Of a DNA stretch of 64,000 bases, positions 1-8,983 are shown one piece after another (position 1 is the stretch's first letter; each line of letters opens with the position of its first letter). The position numbers and the translations under genes were made by a program. The stretch is from Candidatus Limnocylindria bacterium (GTDB lineage Bacteria; Chloroflexota; Limnocylindria; P2-11E), in assembly GCA_036518215.1 (NCBI GenBank), contig DATDNP010000201.1, forward strand, positions 24,448-88,447. Reading direction: 5' to 3'. The notes beneath the pieces are model-generated. The model had not been told where the DNA came from. It was given only the letters and a program-made list of their open reading frames with translations, and searched no databases.

Positions 1-175
1 CCTCCGTCGCGTCGGCGAGGCGCACGGCGAGCGGCTGTGGGAGGAGGCGAACTCGAGCCTGAAGCTCGTGACGACGCAGGAGGGGCGCTTGCATCTGGAG
101 CTGCACGACATCACCGCCGTCGAGCGGCCGCCGATCTCGACCATCCCCGCGTACCTCGCGACGCACCAGCGATAG
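1..175 (+). CDS. 3' end of an upstream gene (partial); product not identified
   Basis: Frame 2 is open from the window edge to TAG at 173-175 (...LHLELHDITAVERPPISTIPAYLATHQR*). It is in a different frame from panC. No family recognised. Confidence 0.3.
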   Translation, partial: LRRVGEAHGERLWEEANSSLKLVTTQEGRLHLELHDITAVERPPISTIPAYLATHQR

Positions 176-183
176 GCGCTCGC

Positions 184-1032
184 GTGAAGATCCTTCGGAC
201 CGCATCCGAGGCGCGCGCGTGGCGACGCGAGGCCAGGCGCGTGGGTCTCGTGCCGACGATGGGCGCGCTCCACGCCGGTCACCTCTCGCTCGCCGAGCGC
301 GCGGTGCGCGAGAACGACACCGCGGCGGCATCGATCTTCGTGAACCCGACGCAGTTCGGCCCGCACGAGGACTTCGCCGCGTACCCGCGTCGCGAGGCCG
401 AGGACCTCGCGATGCTGGAACGCGCGGGGGTCGCGGCGGTCTTCGTGCCGAGCGTCGCCGAGATGTATCCGGACGGCGATGCGACGCGCGTCCATCCCGG
501 CCCCATCGCGGACCCGCTCGAGGGCGCGGCTCGTCCGGGCCATTTCGTCGGCGTCGCGACCGTGGTGCTCAAGCTCTTCGCGATCCTCGCGCCGGACGCC
601 GGCTACTTCGGGCAGAAGGACTTCCAGCAGCTGCGCGTGCTGCAGACGATGGCGCGGGACCTGCGTCTCGGCGTCCGCGTCGTCGGATGTCCGATCGTGC
701 GCGAGCCCGACGGGCTCGCCATGTCCTCGCGGAACGCCTACCTCACGCCGGAGCAGCGCCGCGACGCGCGCGCGCTCTCGCGCGGGCTGTTCGCGGCGCG
801 CGAGCTCTGGGACCAGGGCGAGCGCGATCCGGATCAGCTTCGCGCGCGCGTCCGCGAGACGGCGTCGGCGCCCGGCGTATCGCTCGAATACGTCTCCGCC
901 GCGGATCCCATCACGCTCGCCGAGCTGCACGGTGCGGCGGAGCGCACGGTGATCTCGCTCGCCGCGCGTGTGGGAAAGGCGAGACTCATCGACAATGTGC
1001 TCCTCGGTATGGATGTGAGCGAGTTGTCGTGA
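184..1032 (+). CDS. panC: Pantoate--beta-alanine ligase (pantothenate synthetase)
   Basis: Translation from the GTG at 184 (VKILRTASEARAWRREARRVGLVPTMGALHAGHLSLAERA...FVNPTQFGP...GYFGQKDFQQ...) carries the PanC hallmarks: PTMG.LH.GH, QKD(F/Y)QQ and the SSRN region. The 5' extension in ORF 37..1032 is not PanC-like. Confidence 0.9.
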   Translation: MKILRTASEARAWRREARRVGLVPTMGALHAGHLSLAERAVRENDTAAASIFVNPTQFGPHEDFAAYPRREAEDLAMLERAGVAAVFVPSVAEMYPDGDATRVHPGPIADPLEGAARPGHFVGVATVVLKLFAILAPDAGYFGQKDFQQLRVLQTMARDLRLGVRVVGCPIVREPDGLAMSSRNAYLTPEQRRDARALSRGLFAARELWDQGERDPDQLRARVRETASAPGVSLEYVSAADPITLAELHGAAERTVISLAARVGKARLIDNVLLGMDVSELS

Positions 1033-2207
1033 GCCGGCGGAAGCTTCTCGTCGGGCTCTCCGCCGCGCATTTCGCACAGCACGTCACCAATGGCCTGCTC
1101 TCCGCGCTCCTGCCATTCATCAGCGCGACCTTCGCACTCTCCTTCACGGAGGCCGGGTTCGCGGTGACCGCGTACACGATCGCGTCGGGTGTGATGAACG
1201 CGCCGCTCGGCGTGCTCGCCGACCGCGTCGGGTCGCGGCGCGTCATCGTCGGCGGCCTCGTCCTCGTCGCGGCCACGGGCGTCGCCGTCGGGCTCGCGCC
1301 GTCGTACGCCATCCTCCTCCTCGCCCTCGTCGTCATGGGCGTCGCGAGCGCGACGTATCACGCGCCGGCGTCGGCGCTCATCGCCGAGACCTTCACGTAC
1401 GCGCGACGCGGCGTCGCCCTCGGCACGCACACGACCGCGGGCCATCTCGCGTTCTTCGTCGCGCCGCTCGTCGCCGGCATCCTCGCCCTCACCGGCACCT
1501 GGCGGCTCCCCTACGTGCTCTTCTCGCTCGCGCCGCTCGTCTGCGCCTTCGTCGTCATGCGCATCGCGCCGCCCGGGATGCGCGCGACCGAGCAGCACCG
1601 CTGGTTCGCGACCTTCACCGAGATCGGCCGCGTCGCGCGATCGGTCGGCTCGCTCGTGTCGATCTCGATCGTCGCGCAGGTGCTGCTCTCGAGCGCGCTC
1701 GCGTTCCTCACGCTCTTCTACGTGAACGCCCGTGGGGTGTCGCCCGCCGTCGCGGCCGCCCTCTACGGTGTGCCGCAGCTCGCCGGGCTCTTCGCGGCGC
1801 CGCTCTCGGGCGTGCTCTCCGACCGCTTCGGCCGACCCGCCGTGCTCCTCGGTGCGCTCATCGCGAGCGGCCCGGCTTCATGGCTCCTCGTGACGACGCC
1901 CGTCGAGGTCGCGGTGATCCCACTCCTTCTCGTCGGCGCGTGCCTGTCGTTCCGAGCGACCGCGACGGAGGTGCTCATCATCGATACGACACCGGCCGCG
2001 CGACGGTCGACGGTGCTCGGGACGTACTACCTCGTGAATCAGCCCGTCGGCGGGATCGCCGCGCCGATCTTCGGCGCGATCGCCGACAACGCGGGCATCG
2101 CGAACGCCTTCCTCTGGCTCTCCTACGCGTTCGTCGGGCTCTCGGTCGTCGCGCTCGTTCTCGTCGCCGCCGGGAGCGCGCGGCGCCGCGTCGCGCAGGA
2201 GGCATAA
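1029..2207 (+). CDS. MFS transporter
   Basis: GTG at 1029 overlaps the panC stop (GTGA). The product has about 12 hydrophobic helices and an MFS-like loop motif (GVLADRVGSRRV). The upstream Arg-rich part of ORF 219..2207 is a frame shadow. Confidence 0.75.
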   Translation: MSRRKLLVGLSAAHFAQHVTNGLLSALLPFISATFALSFTEAGFAVTAYTIASGVMNAPLGVLADRVGSRRVIVGGLVLVAATGVAVGLAPSYAILLLALVVMGVASATYHAPASALIAETFTYARRGVALGTHTTAGHLAFFVAPLVAGILALTGTWRLPYVLFSLAPLVCAFVVMRIAPPGMRATEQHRWFATFTEIGRVARSVGSLVSISIVAQVLLSSALAFLTLFYVNARGVSPAVAAALYGVPQLAGLFAAPLSGVLSDRFGRPAVLLGALIASGPASWLLVTTPVEVAVIPLLLVGACLSFRATATEVLIIDTTPAARRSTVLGTYYLVNQPVGGIAAPIFGAIADNAGIANAFLWLSYAFVGLSVVALVLVAAGSARRRVAQEA

Positions 2208-2212
2208 AGAAA

Positions 2213-2234
2213 GACGGGGCCTCGCGGCCCCGTC
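2213..2234. terminator. GC-rich hairpin between convergent genes; putative bidirectional terminator
   Basis: GACGGGGCC-tcgc-GGCCCCGTC is a perfect 9-bp stem. It sits 6 nt after the MFS stop and about 25 nt before the stop of the minus-strand gene ending at 2259. Confidence 0.5.
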
Positions 2235-2258
2235 CTCCGTCACTCGCGATCCTCGGCG

Positions 2259-2747
2259 CTAGTCGTGGTGATGCTTCTGCGTCGCGACCCAGGCCGCGGG
2301 ACCGCCATCCGTCTTCACGGTGGCGACCCACGCCGCCGGCCCGCCGTCCTCCTTGACCGTGGAGACCCATGAGGGTGCGTTCCCCTGGGAAGACGCGTGC
2401 GACTCGTTCTCGTCCGTGTCCTTGTCCTCGTCCGTCGAGGTCGCTTCCTGGTCCTGATCGGTCGTCGTGTCCTTGTCCTCGTCGGTGGAGGTCGTCGACG
2501 AGGTCGTGTCCTCATCGGCGCTCGCGTTCGTGGTTGCGGTGTCCTCGTCGGCGCTCGCTTCGGTGTCGGCCTGCGTCGACGTCGACGTCGTGTTCTCGTC
2601 GCTGGTGCTGACCTGCGTCGAGACCGCCGTCGTCGTCCCGGTCTGCGCCGTCATCGTCGCGCCATCGTGCGCGAGCGCGGTCGATGCGGCGAGCGCGAGC
2701 GCGGCGATGGCTCCAAGGGCCGTGATGATGCGGATGCGGATGCGCAT
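2259..2747 (-). CDS. Secreted acidic low-complexity repeat protein (hypothetical)
   Basis: N-terminal signal peptide (MRIRIRIITALGAIAALALAASTALA). A long Thr/Ser/Asp/Glu-rich region follows. The C-terminus has the tandem repeat WVATVK(T/E)DGGPAA three times and ends in HHHD. Confidence 0.6.
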   Translation of the reverse strand: MRIRIRIITALGAIAALALAASTALAHDGATMTAQTGTTTAVSTQVSTSDENTTSTSTQADTEASADEDTATTNASADEDTTSSTTSTDEDKDTTTDQDQEATSTDEDKDTDENESHASSQGNAPSWVSTVKEDGGPAAWVATVKTDGGPAAWVATQKHHHD

Positions 2748-2843
2748 GCTGCGGCTCTCCCTTCGAGGTGTGGTGCCCGGTTAACGGCCAGCGCAACGAC
2801 GTGTTGGGCAGGCAAGCGTTCGCGGCGAACGACCGAGCTGTCG

Positions 2844-3677
2844 TTACTGCGGGTGCAACGAAGCGACGAGCACCGTCAGGGCCTGATTCAGCGAGGCGTC
2901 GACGCCGAGCCGCTGCGCTTCGCGCTGTACGGCACCGCAGATCGCATCGACCTCGGTCGCCCGCTTCGCCTCGACATCCTGGAGCATCGAGCTTCGATTC
3001 GCGCCCGTCAGCTCCGCCATCTCCCGCCACCAGCGCACCGCGTCGTCCTCCGGGATGAGCACGCCGCTCGCGGTCGCCACGCGCGCGACCTCGCGTGCGA
3101 GCCGATCGGCGAGGCGCGCCGCGACGGGATCGCGCAGCAGATCCGCGTTCAGCATGCCGAGCAGCGCGGTCGTCGGGTTCACCGCGGCGTTCGTCACGAC
3201 CTTTCGCCACACGGCCGGCCAGGGGTCGTCGACGACGGTGATCGTCATGCCGCCGCCGCGGAGAAGCTCGGCGAGGGCGTCGAGGGTCGCGCGCGGGCGG
3301 GCACCACGTGGACGGCCGAGCTCGGCCCGTCCGGGGCCGGTCGCGTGGAGCGCGCCGTGCTCGTCCAGCCGCGCGCCGACGTAGATGACGCCCACCGCGG
3401 CGCGATCCGCGCCAACGGCATCGCGCAACACCTCGTAGTTGCCGAGCCCGTTCTGGATCGTGATCGCGACGCCGCCCTGCGCGACGACGCGCCTCGCCAT
3501 ATCCGCCGCCCAGGCGGTGCCGTGCGTCTTCACGCACACGACGGCCGCGTCGACGGGCGCCTCGCGATCCGCGAGCGGGGAGCGCGTGCGATCGACGCGA
3601 ACGAGCTCGGCACGACCGTCGAGCGCGCGCTCGATGACGTGACCGATCGCGCCCATGCCGAGGATCGCGACGCGCAC
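2844..3677 (-). CDS. panE: 2-dehydropantoate 2-reductase (ketopantoate reductase)
   Basis: MRVAILGMGAIGHVIERAL... is an N-terminal Rossmann GxGxxG fold. The overall ApbA/PanE pattern is present and the gene lies beside panB. Confidence 0.8.
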   Translation of the reverse strand: MRVAILGMGAIGHVIERALDGRAELVRVDRTRSPLADREAPVDAAVVCVKTHGTAWAADMARRVVAQGGVAITIQNGLGNYEVLRDAVGADRAAVGVIYVGARLDEHGALHATGPGRAELGRPRGARPRATLDALAELLRGGGMTITVVDDPWPAVWRKVVTNAAVNPTTALLGMLNADLLRDPVAARLADRLAREVARVATASGVLIPEDDAVRWWREMAELTGANRSSMLQDVEAKRATEVDAICGAVQREAQRLGVDASLNQALTVLVASLHPQ

Positions 3678-3680
3678 CTG

Positions 3681-4601
3681 CTACACGGCCTTCGGACGCG
3701 CGAGGTTCTGCCGCAGCGCTGCGAGCTCGGTCTCCTTCATCGTGAAGCTGTGCTCGGCGTCGGGGAACGTGCCGTCGCGCACCTCGCGGTCGAAGGCACG
3801 CAACGCCTCCACGACCGCGCCGCCGATGTCCGCATAGCGCTTCGCGAACTTCGGCTTGAACTCGCCGAACAGGCCGAGCACGTCGTGGAGGACGAGCACC
3901 TGGCCGTCGCAGTCCGGTCCGGCGCCGATGCCGATCGTCGGGATGTCGAGACGCTCGGTCACCATCGCGGCGACGGGAGCGGGGATCGACTCGAGCACGA
4001 TGGAGAACGCACCGGCCTCCTCGAGCGCGATCGCGTCGTCGATGAGGCGCCTCGCGGCGCGCGCGTTGCGCGCCTGCGTCTTGAACCCGCCGAGCTGCGC
4101 GACGCGCTGCGGCGTGAGGCCCACGTGCGCCATCACGGAGATGCCGTTGTCGACGAGCGCGCGGACGGTCTCGACGGTCTCGTGACCGCCTTCGATCTTC
4201 ACCGCGTCCATGCCACCTTCCTTCAGGAAGCGGGTCGCATTGCGGAGGGCATCGGACGTCGACGTCTGATAGCTGCCGAACGGCATGTCGCCGACGAGGA
4301 GCGGGCGCGTCGCGCCGCGCGACACCGACGCGCACATGCGGACCATGTCGTCGACCGTCACGGGGACGGTGTTCGGGTAGCCGAGCATGACCATGCCGGC
4401 GGAATCGCCGACGAGGAGCACGTCGATGCCGGCGGTGTCGACGAGGCGCGCGAACGCGACGTCATACGCCGTCATCATCGTGATGCGCTTCCCATCCCGC
4501 TTCATCGCGACGACGTCGGGGACGGTGACCTTCTTCGGGGGAGCGGCGGACGCGCCGCCGTACTGGGACGAGTCCTGGGGACGCTCGGTCTTCTCGGTCA
4601 T
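3681..4601 (-). CDS. panB: 3-methyl-2-oxobutanoate hydroxymethyltransferase
   Basis: MTEKTERP...ITMMTAYDVAFARLVDTAGIDVLLVGDSAGMVMLGY...GGMDAVKIEGG...HVGLTPQ matches PanB. The ATG at 4599-4601 was chosen over the upstream extension in ORF 3681..4712. Confidence 0.9.
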   Translation of the reverse strand: MTEKTERPQDSSQYGGASAAPPKKVTVPDVVAMKRDGKRITMMTAYDVAFARLVDTAGIDVLLVGDSAGMVMLGYPNTVPVTVDDMVRMCASVSRGATRPLLVGDMPFGSYQTSTSDALRNATRFLKEGGMDAVKIEGGHETVETVRALVDNGISVMAHVGLTPQRVAQLGGFKTQARNARAARRLIDDAIALEEAGAFSIVLESIPAPVAAMVTERLDIPTIGIGAGPDCDGQVLVLHDVLGLFGEFKPKFAKRYADIGGAVVEALRAFDREVRDGTFPDAEHSFTMKETELAALRQNLARPKAV

Positions 4602-4710
4602 GCGACACCTCCGTCCAGGCCGATGGCTCGGTCCCGGCGAATGCATCGAGTCTAGTCCGTCCGCCTGCCGACCGGCTGGCCCGCGGCTTGCGACCGAGCG
4701 CAGCGTGGAC
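4602..4710. promoter_or_regulatory. Divergent intergenic region between panB/panE (-) and a membrane glycosyltransferase gene (+)
   Basis: A 109-bp non-coding gap lies between two divergent start codons. No specific promoter motif could be assigned by eye. Confidence 0.4.
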
Positions 4711-6267
4711 ATGGCGGCCGTCGCCCGCCCGCGCTCGGCGCTCGCGACGCGCGTGACGGCCCTCGCGTCGTCTCAGCTCGTCACCGCGGCGACGCTCGTC
4801 GTCGCGCTCGTGCTGCGCGGACGCCGCGCCTTGCTGCTCGTCGACTTCCCGCTCAACGACGGCGGCATGTTCTACACGGCGATCCAGGACATCCGCGCGG
4901 CGGGCTTCGCGCTTCCAGCGGTGCTCACCTACAACGGCGGGATCCCGTTCGCGTATCCACCGCTCGCCTTCTACCTCGTCGCGGGGCTCTCCGACGCCAC
5001 GGGAGTGTCGACGATCGACCTGCTCCGGGTCCTTCCGCCGATCCTCTCCACGCTCTCCGTCGCGGCGTTCATCCCGATCGCGCGGCGCCTGTCGGCGAGC
5101 GGCAGCGCGGCCGCGATCGCCGTGTTCGTGTACGCCGTCCAACCGTCCGCGTACACGTGGATGGTCATGGGCGGTGGGCTCACGCGGGCGCTCGGGCTCG
5201 TCTTCGCGCTCGTCGCGCTCGCGGCGCTGCTCTCCTTCTATGAGCGGCCGCGAAGGCTCACCTTCGCCATCGCCGCGGTCGGGGGCGCGCTCGCGCTCCT
5301 CTCGCACATCGAGATGGCGTGGTTCCTCGCGTTCAGCGCGGCGCTGTTCGTCGTCGCGCGCCGACCATCGCGCCGCGTCATCGTGGGCGCCGGCGCGAGC
5401 GGCGCGTGCGCCATCGCGCTCGCCGCGCCGTGGTGGCTGACGGTACTGCTGCGACACGGGGTCGGCCCCTTCGTCGCGGCCGCCACCACCGGATCGCTCG
5501 ACAACCCCGTCCTCGATCTTCTCGCGTTCCAGCGGACCGACGAGCCGTACTTCCCGCTCATCGCCGCGGCCGCTATCGCCGGCGTCGTGTTCCACGTCGC
5601 ACGCGGTCGGTACCTCATCCCGGCGTGGCTCGTCGCGATCGCGCTGCTCGACCACCGCTCGTTCAACGCGCTCTCCGGCCTTCCCATCGGGATCCTCGCG
5701 GGCAGCGTCGTGACGGAGCTCATCGCACCGCTCTTCACGCGACGCCATCTCGCCGTCGCCGCCGCCGTCGCCGGCATCGTGTACGTGACGTTCAGCTCGG
5801 CGAAGGCGGACCAGACGCTCCATCGCGCGCTCAAGCCCGACGAACGCTCCGCGATGGCGTGGGTCGCGAACGGCACGCCGGCCGACGCGCGGTTCCTCGT
5901 CATCACGCAGTCGTTCTGGGCGGGCGATCGCGTCGCCGAGTGGTTCCCCGCCCTCACCGAGCGCGTGAGCGTCACGACGGTCCAGGGCAGTGAGTGGCTG
6001 CCGCGCGCGACGGGGTTCTGGCCGCACATGTGGAGCTACGAGAGCGCGCAGGACTGCGCCGATTCCGACGGCGACTGCCTCGCGCGCTTCATGAGCGGCA
6101 GCGGCATCACGTTCGACTACGTCTACCTGCCGAAGACGGCCGTCGCGACGGCGATGGACGAAAGCGACATCTGGTGCTGCGGCGGACTTCGCGCCGCGCT
6201 CCGCCACGACGACCGCTACGCCCTCGTCTACGACGGGCCGGGAGCGACGATCTTCAAGCGCCGCTAG
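4711..6267 (+). CDS. Polytopic membrane protein; putative GT-C fold glycosyltransferase (ArnT/PMT-like)
   Basis: Multiple TM helices. The N-terminal region (FPLNDGGMFYTAIQDI...AYPPLAFYL) resembles the first-loop region of GT-C mannosyl/arabinosyl transferases. The C-terminal half is soluble. Start taken at the ATG at 4711, not 4387. Confidence 0.5.
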   Translation: MAAVARPRSALATRVTALASSQLVTAATLVVALVLRGRRALLLVDFPLNDGGMFYTAIQDIRAAGFALPAVLTYNGGIPFAYPPLAFYLVAGLSDATGVSTIDLLRVLPPILSTLSVAAFIPIARRLSASGSAAAIAVFVYAVQPSAYTWMVMGGGLTRALGLVFALVALAALLSFYERPRRLTFAIAAVGGALALLSHIEMAWFLAFSAALFVVARRPSRRVIVGAGASGACAIALAAPWWLTVLLRHGVGPFVAAATTGSLDNPVLDLLAFQRTDEPYFPLIAAAAIAGVVFHVARGRYLIPAWLVAIALLDHRSFNALSGLPIGILAGSVVTELIAPLFTRRHLAVAAAVAGIVYVTFSSAKADQTLHRALKPDERSAMAWVANGTPADARFLVITQSFWAGDRVAEWFPALTERVSVTTVQGSEWLPRATGFWPHMWSYESAQDCADSDGDCLARFMSGSGITFDYVYLPKTAVATAMDESDIWCCGGLRAALRHDDRYALVYDGPGATIFKRR

Positions 6268-6519
6268 CGGACCTGCGTCGATAAAGCACGGCGGCGGGTC
6301 CTGTCCCGCTCCGGGCGGGTTCTCCTCGCTGCGAGACCGAGACCCGCTTCCGTGACGACACCGAGTGCGGCGGACGCGCGGCCGCGGGCCCCTCGGTCTC
6401 TGGCATCGGAGAACATCGCCCTGCGCGTGCCACCCGCCGCCGCCAGACACGACGCATGTCTGCTAGCTATGCAGCTATGCATCCCGTCACTGTCTGGTCC
6501 GGGCTGACGTTGACCGAGC

Positions 6520-7734
6520 GTGCGGTGGTCGTTCCTCTCGGCGGCGATGCTCGTCGTCGCCTGCGCGCCGGCCACCGTGGCGCCCCTTGCGGCGCCGGCG
6601 TTCCCGCAGCCGCTCGCGATCGCCGAAGCGACGTCGAGCGCGTTCGCTCGGCAGATCCTCGTTCCGACGCCCACGCTCGCGATCGCGGCGACGGCGACCG
6701 CGGCGCCGACGGACAAGCAGCTCGCTCCGTCTCTCGCGCCCACGCCGTCCACGGCGCCAACGCTCACGTTCGCGCCGACTCTCGCACCGACCGTCGCGCC
6801 GACCATCGCGCCGGCTCCGACACCAGCGGCGACGCCGTACGACCCACCCTTCCTCGGTCCGGTGATCGCGAAGGACTACCCGGACCCCGGACTCCTCATC
6901 GCGGCGGGCGCGTTCTACGCGTTCGCGACGAACGCGAACGGGCGCAACGTCCAGGCGAGCGTCTCGACCGACCTCGTGCACTGGCGCGATCTCCCGGACG
7001 CGCTTCCGGCGCTGCCGTCGTGGGCACGGCCGGGCTTCACCTGGGCTCCCGAGGTGACGCAGATCGGCGGCACGTACGTCATGTACTTCACCGCGCGCCA
7101 CGCGCCGAGCGGCCGTCAGTGCATCGGCGCCGCGACGGCGGCGTCCCCGGCGGGTCCGTATCGGCCGCGCGGTGATGTCCCGCTCGTCTGCGAGCCGCAG
7201 TTCGGCGGTTCGATCGATCCGTATCCGTTCGTCGACAGCGACGGCGTGCGCTATCTCGTGTGGAAGACCGACAGCAACGCCATCGGCACGCCGACGGTGA
7301 TCAAGATGGGACGGCTCGCCGCGGACGGGCTCTCCTTCCTCACCATCCCGACCGCGCTCATCGCGAACGACCTGCCGTGGGAAGGTGCCGTCGTCGAGGC
7401 GCCGACGCTCGTGCGGCGCGGCGCCACGTACGTCCTCTTCTATTCGGCGAACGACTACTCGGGTCCGGCCTATGCGGTCGGCGTCGCGACGGCGACGTCG
7501 CTCGCCGGTCCGTGGGTGAAGTCGCCGCGACCCATCCTCGCGAGCGCCGACGGACGCATCGGCCCGGGTGGCGAGACGATCGGCGTCATCGGCGACGACA
7601 CGTGGATGCTCTATCACGCGTGGAGCGCATCGGGCCCGTATCGCGAGATGCGCATCGCGCGCGTCGTGTGGGACGGCGCACGTCCGACCGTGGTGCCGGC
7701 GACGGTGTCCTCGCTCGCTCGCATCACGCCCTGA
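6520..7734 (+). CDS. Glycoside hydrolase family 43-like secreted lipoprotein with a Pro/Thr/Ala linker
   Basis: Signal peptide with a lipobox-like VVAC. A low-complexity APT linker follows. The catalytic domain (YPDPGLLIAAGAFYAFATN...WAPEV...YFTA...DPYPFVDSDG..YLVWK...EAPTLVRRG..YVLFYSAND) follows the GH43 beta-propeller pattern. Confidence 0.75.
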   Translation: MRWSFLSAAMLVVACAPATVAPLAAPAFPQPLAIAEATSSAFARQILVPTPTLAIAATATAAPTDKQLAPSLAPTPSTAPTLTFAPTLAPTVAPTIAPAPTPAATPYDPPFLGPVIAKDYPDPGLLIAAGAFYAFATNANGRNVQASVSTDLVHWRDLPDALPALPSWARPGFTWAPEVTQIGGTYVMYFTARHAPSGRQCIGAATAASPAGPYRPRGDVPLVCEPQFGGSIDPYPFVDSDGVRYLVWKTDSNAIGTPTVIKMGRLAADGLSFLTIPTALIANDLPWEGAVVEAPTLVRRGATYVLFYSANDYSGPAYAVGVATATSLAGPWVKSPRPILASADGRIGPGGETIGVIGDDTWMLYHAWSASGPYREMRIARVVWDGARPTVVPATVSSLARITP

Positions 7735-7849
7735 CGATCTCGTCGCCGGGCGTGGCAGCGAGTGTGCTCAACAGTGCGGCGTGGCGACCCGCCGCGCCGC
7801 CGCGCGCGTCCTCGAACCCCCGCGGCTCCATCGACCGGATGTGGCGAGC

Positions 7850-8974
7850 ATGCGCGCGCTCGTCGTGGCGGTCGCGCGCGCGGTCCCTTCGTGGTGGGTG
7901 GCCGACGTCCTCGTCCCGTTCGCGGTGACGCGGGCGGTATTCGCCGCCATCGGGTACATGGCGTTCCGTCTCCCCGTCGATCCCGCGCTCGCCACGACCG
8001 GAGACCGCTTCCTCGACATGTGGTCGCGGTGGGACGGTCAGTGGTATCTCGCCATCGCGCGCGACGGCTACAGCTACGTCCCCGGCCAGTTCTCGAGCGT
8101 CGCGTTCGCGCCGCTCCTTCCGATCCTCATGCGCGTCGTCGCGTGGCCCGCGCACGACGGCACCGCCGCGCTCGTCGCCGCGGGGATCGGCATCGCGAAC
8201 GTCTCGCTCCTCGTCGCGGCGACGCTCCTCGTGCTGCTCTTCCGCGATGAGGTCGGCCAGGCTGTGGCCGGCCGCGCGTCGCGGTACCTCATGCTCTTCC
8301 CGACCTCGTTCTTCCTCTCCGCCGTCTACCCCGAATCGCTCTTCCTCGCGCTCGCGATCGGCTCGTTCCTCGCGGCGCGCCGAGGGCGGTGGTGGCTCGC
8401 GGGCGCCCTCGCCGCGCTCGCGACGCTCACGCGGCCGTACGGGCTCGTCGTCGTGGCCGCGCTCGCGCTCGAGTACGCCTGGCAGCACCGCTGGCGGATC
8501 CGCGAGTTCGGCGTCGAGATGCTCTCGTTCGCGCTCGCGCCGGCCGCGTATGCGGGGTGGCTCCTCTACCTGTGGCGATCCTTCGGCGATCCGCTCGCGG
8601 GCATGCACGCCGAGAGCGTGTGGCAGCGCGGGCTCGCGCCGCCGTGGCAGGCGTTCGTGAACTTCTTCACGCCGCCGCGCGGCGCGTTCATCGACCTCGC
8701 CTTCGCGCTCCTCTTCATCGCGCTCGCCGTCTTCGCGTGGCGGACGCTCCGCGCGCCGTACGCGCTCTACACGACGCTCACGCTGCTCATCATCCTGTGC
8801 ACCGGGCAGCTCTATTCGCTCATGCGGCTCGGCCTCGAGCTCTTCCCGGCGTTCGCCGTGCTCGCGATCGCCGGCCGCACTCGGCTCCTCGATCGCGCGT
8901 ACTCGAACGCCGCGCTCCTCATCGGAGGCGCGTTCATGGCCTTCTTCGCGTCCGCGCTCTTCTTCTTCGCCTAA
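7850..8974 (+). CDS. Polytopic membrane protein; putative mannosyltransferase (PIG-V / GT-C-like)
   Basis: About 9-10 TM helices. The WDGQWYLAIARDGY motif is typical of PIG-V/DUF2029-type mannosyltransferases. Start chosen at the ATG at 7850, not 7568. Confidence 0.5.
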   Translation: MRALVVAVARAVPSWWVADVLVPFAVTRAVFAAIGYMAFRLPVDPALATTGDRFLDMWSRWDGQWYLAIARDGYSYVPGQFSSVAFAPLLPILMRVVAWPAHDGTAALVAAGIGIANVSLLVAATLLVLLFRDEVGQAVAGRASRYLMLFPTSFFLSAVYPESLFLALAIGSFLAARRGRWWLAGALAALATLTRPYGLVVVAALALEYAWQHRWRIREFGVEMLSFALAPAAYAGWLLYLWRSFGDPLAGMHAESVWQRGLAPPWQAFVNFFTPPRGAFIDLAFALLFIALAVFAWRTLRAPYALYTTLTLLIILCTGQLYSLMRLGLELFPAFAVLAIAGRTRLLDRAYSNAALLIGGAFMAFFASALFFFA

Positions 8975-8983
8975 TCACTCGAG

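Noticed and set aside
219-2207. A long 662-aa ORF spanning panC and the MFS gene
   Set aside because: Its 5' two-thirds is an Arg/Gly/Pro-rich frame shadow of panC, typical of high-GC DNA. Only the portion from the GTG at 1029 looks like a real (MFS) protein.
2397-4655. 752-aa and 607-aa ORFs (2397..4655 +, 2512..4335 -) overlapping panE/panB
   Set aside because: Low-complexity Arg/Asp/Gly-rich translations with no domain pattern. They are antisense or out-of-frame shadows of the well-supported panE and panB genes.
4462-6450. 662-aa minus-strand ORF opposite the membrane glycosyltransferase
   Set aside because: The Arg/Glu/Asp-rich translation is non-protein-like, whereas the plus-strand frame gives a clean polytopic membrane protein.
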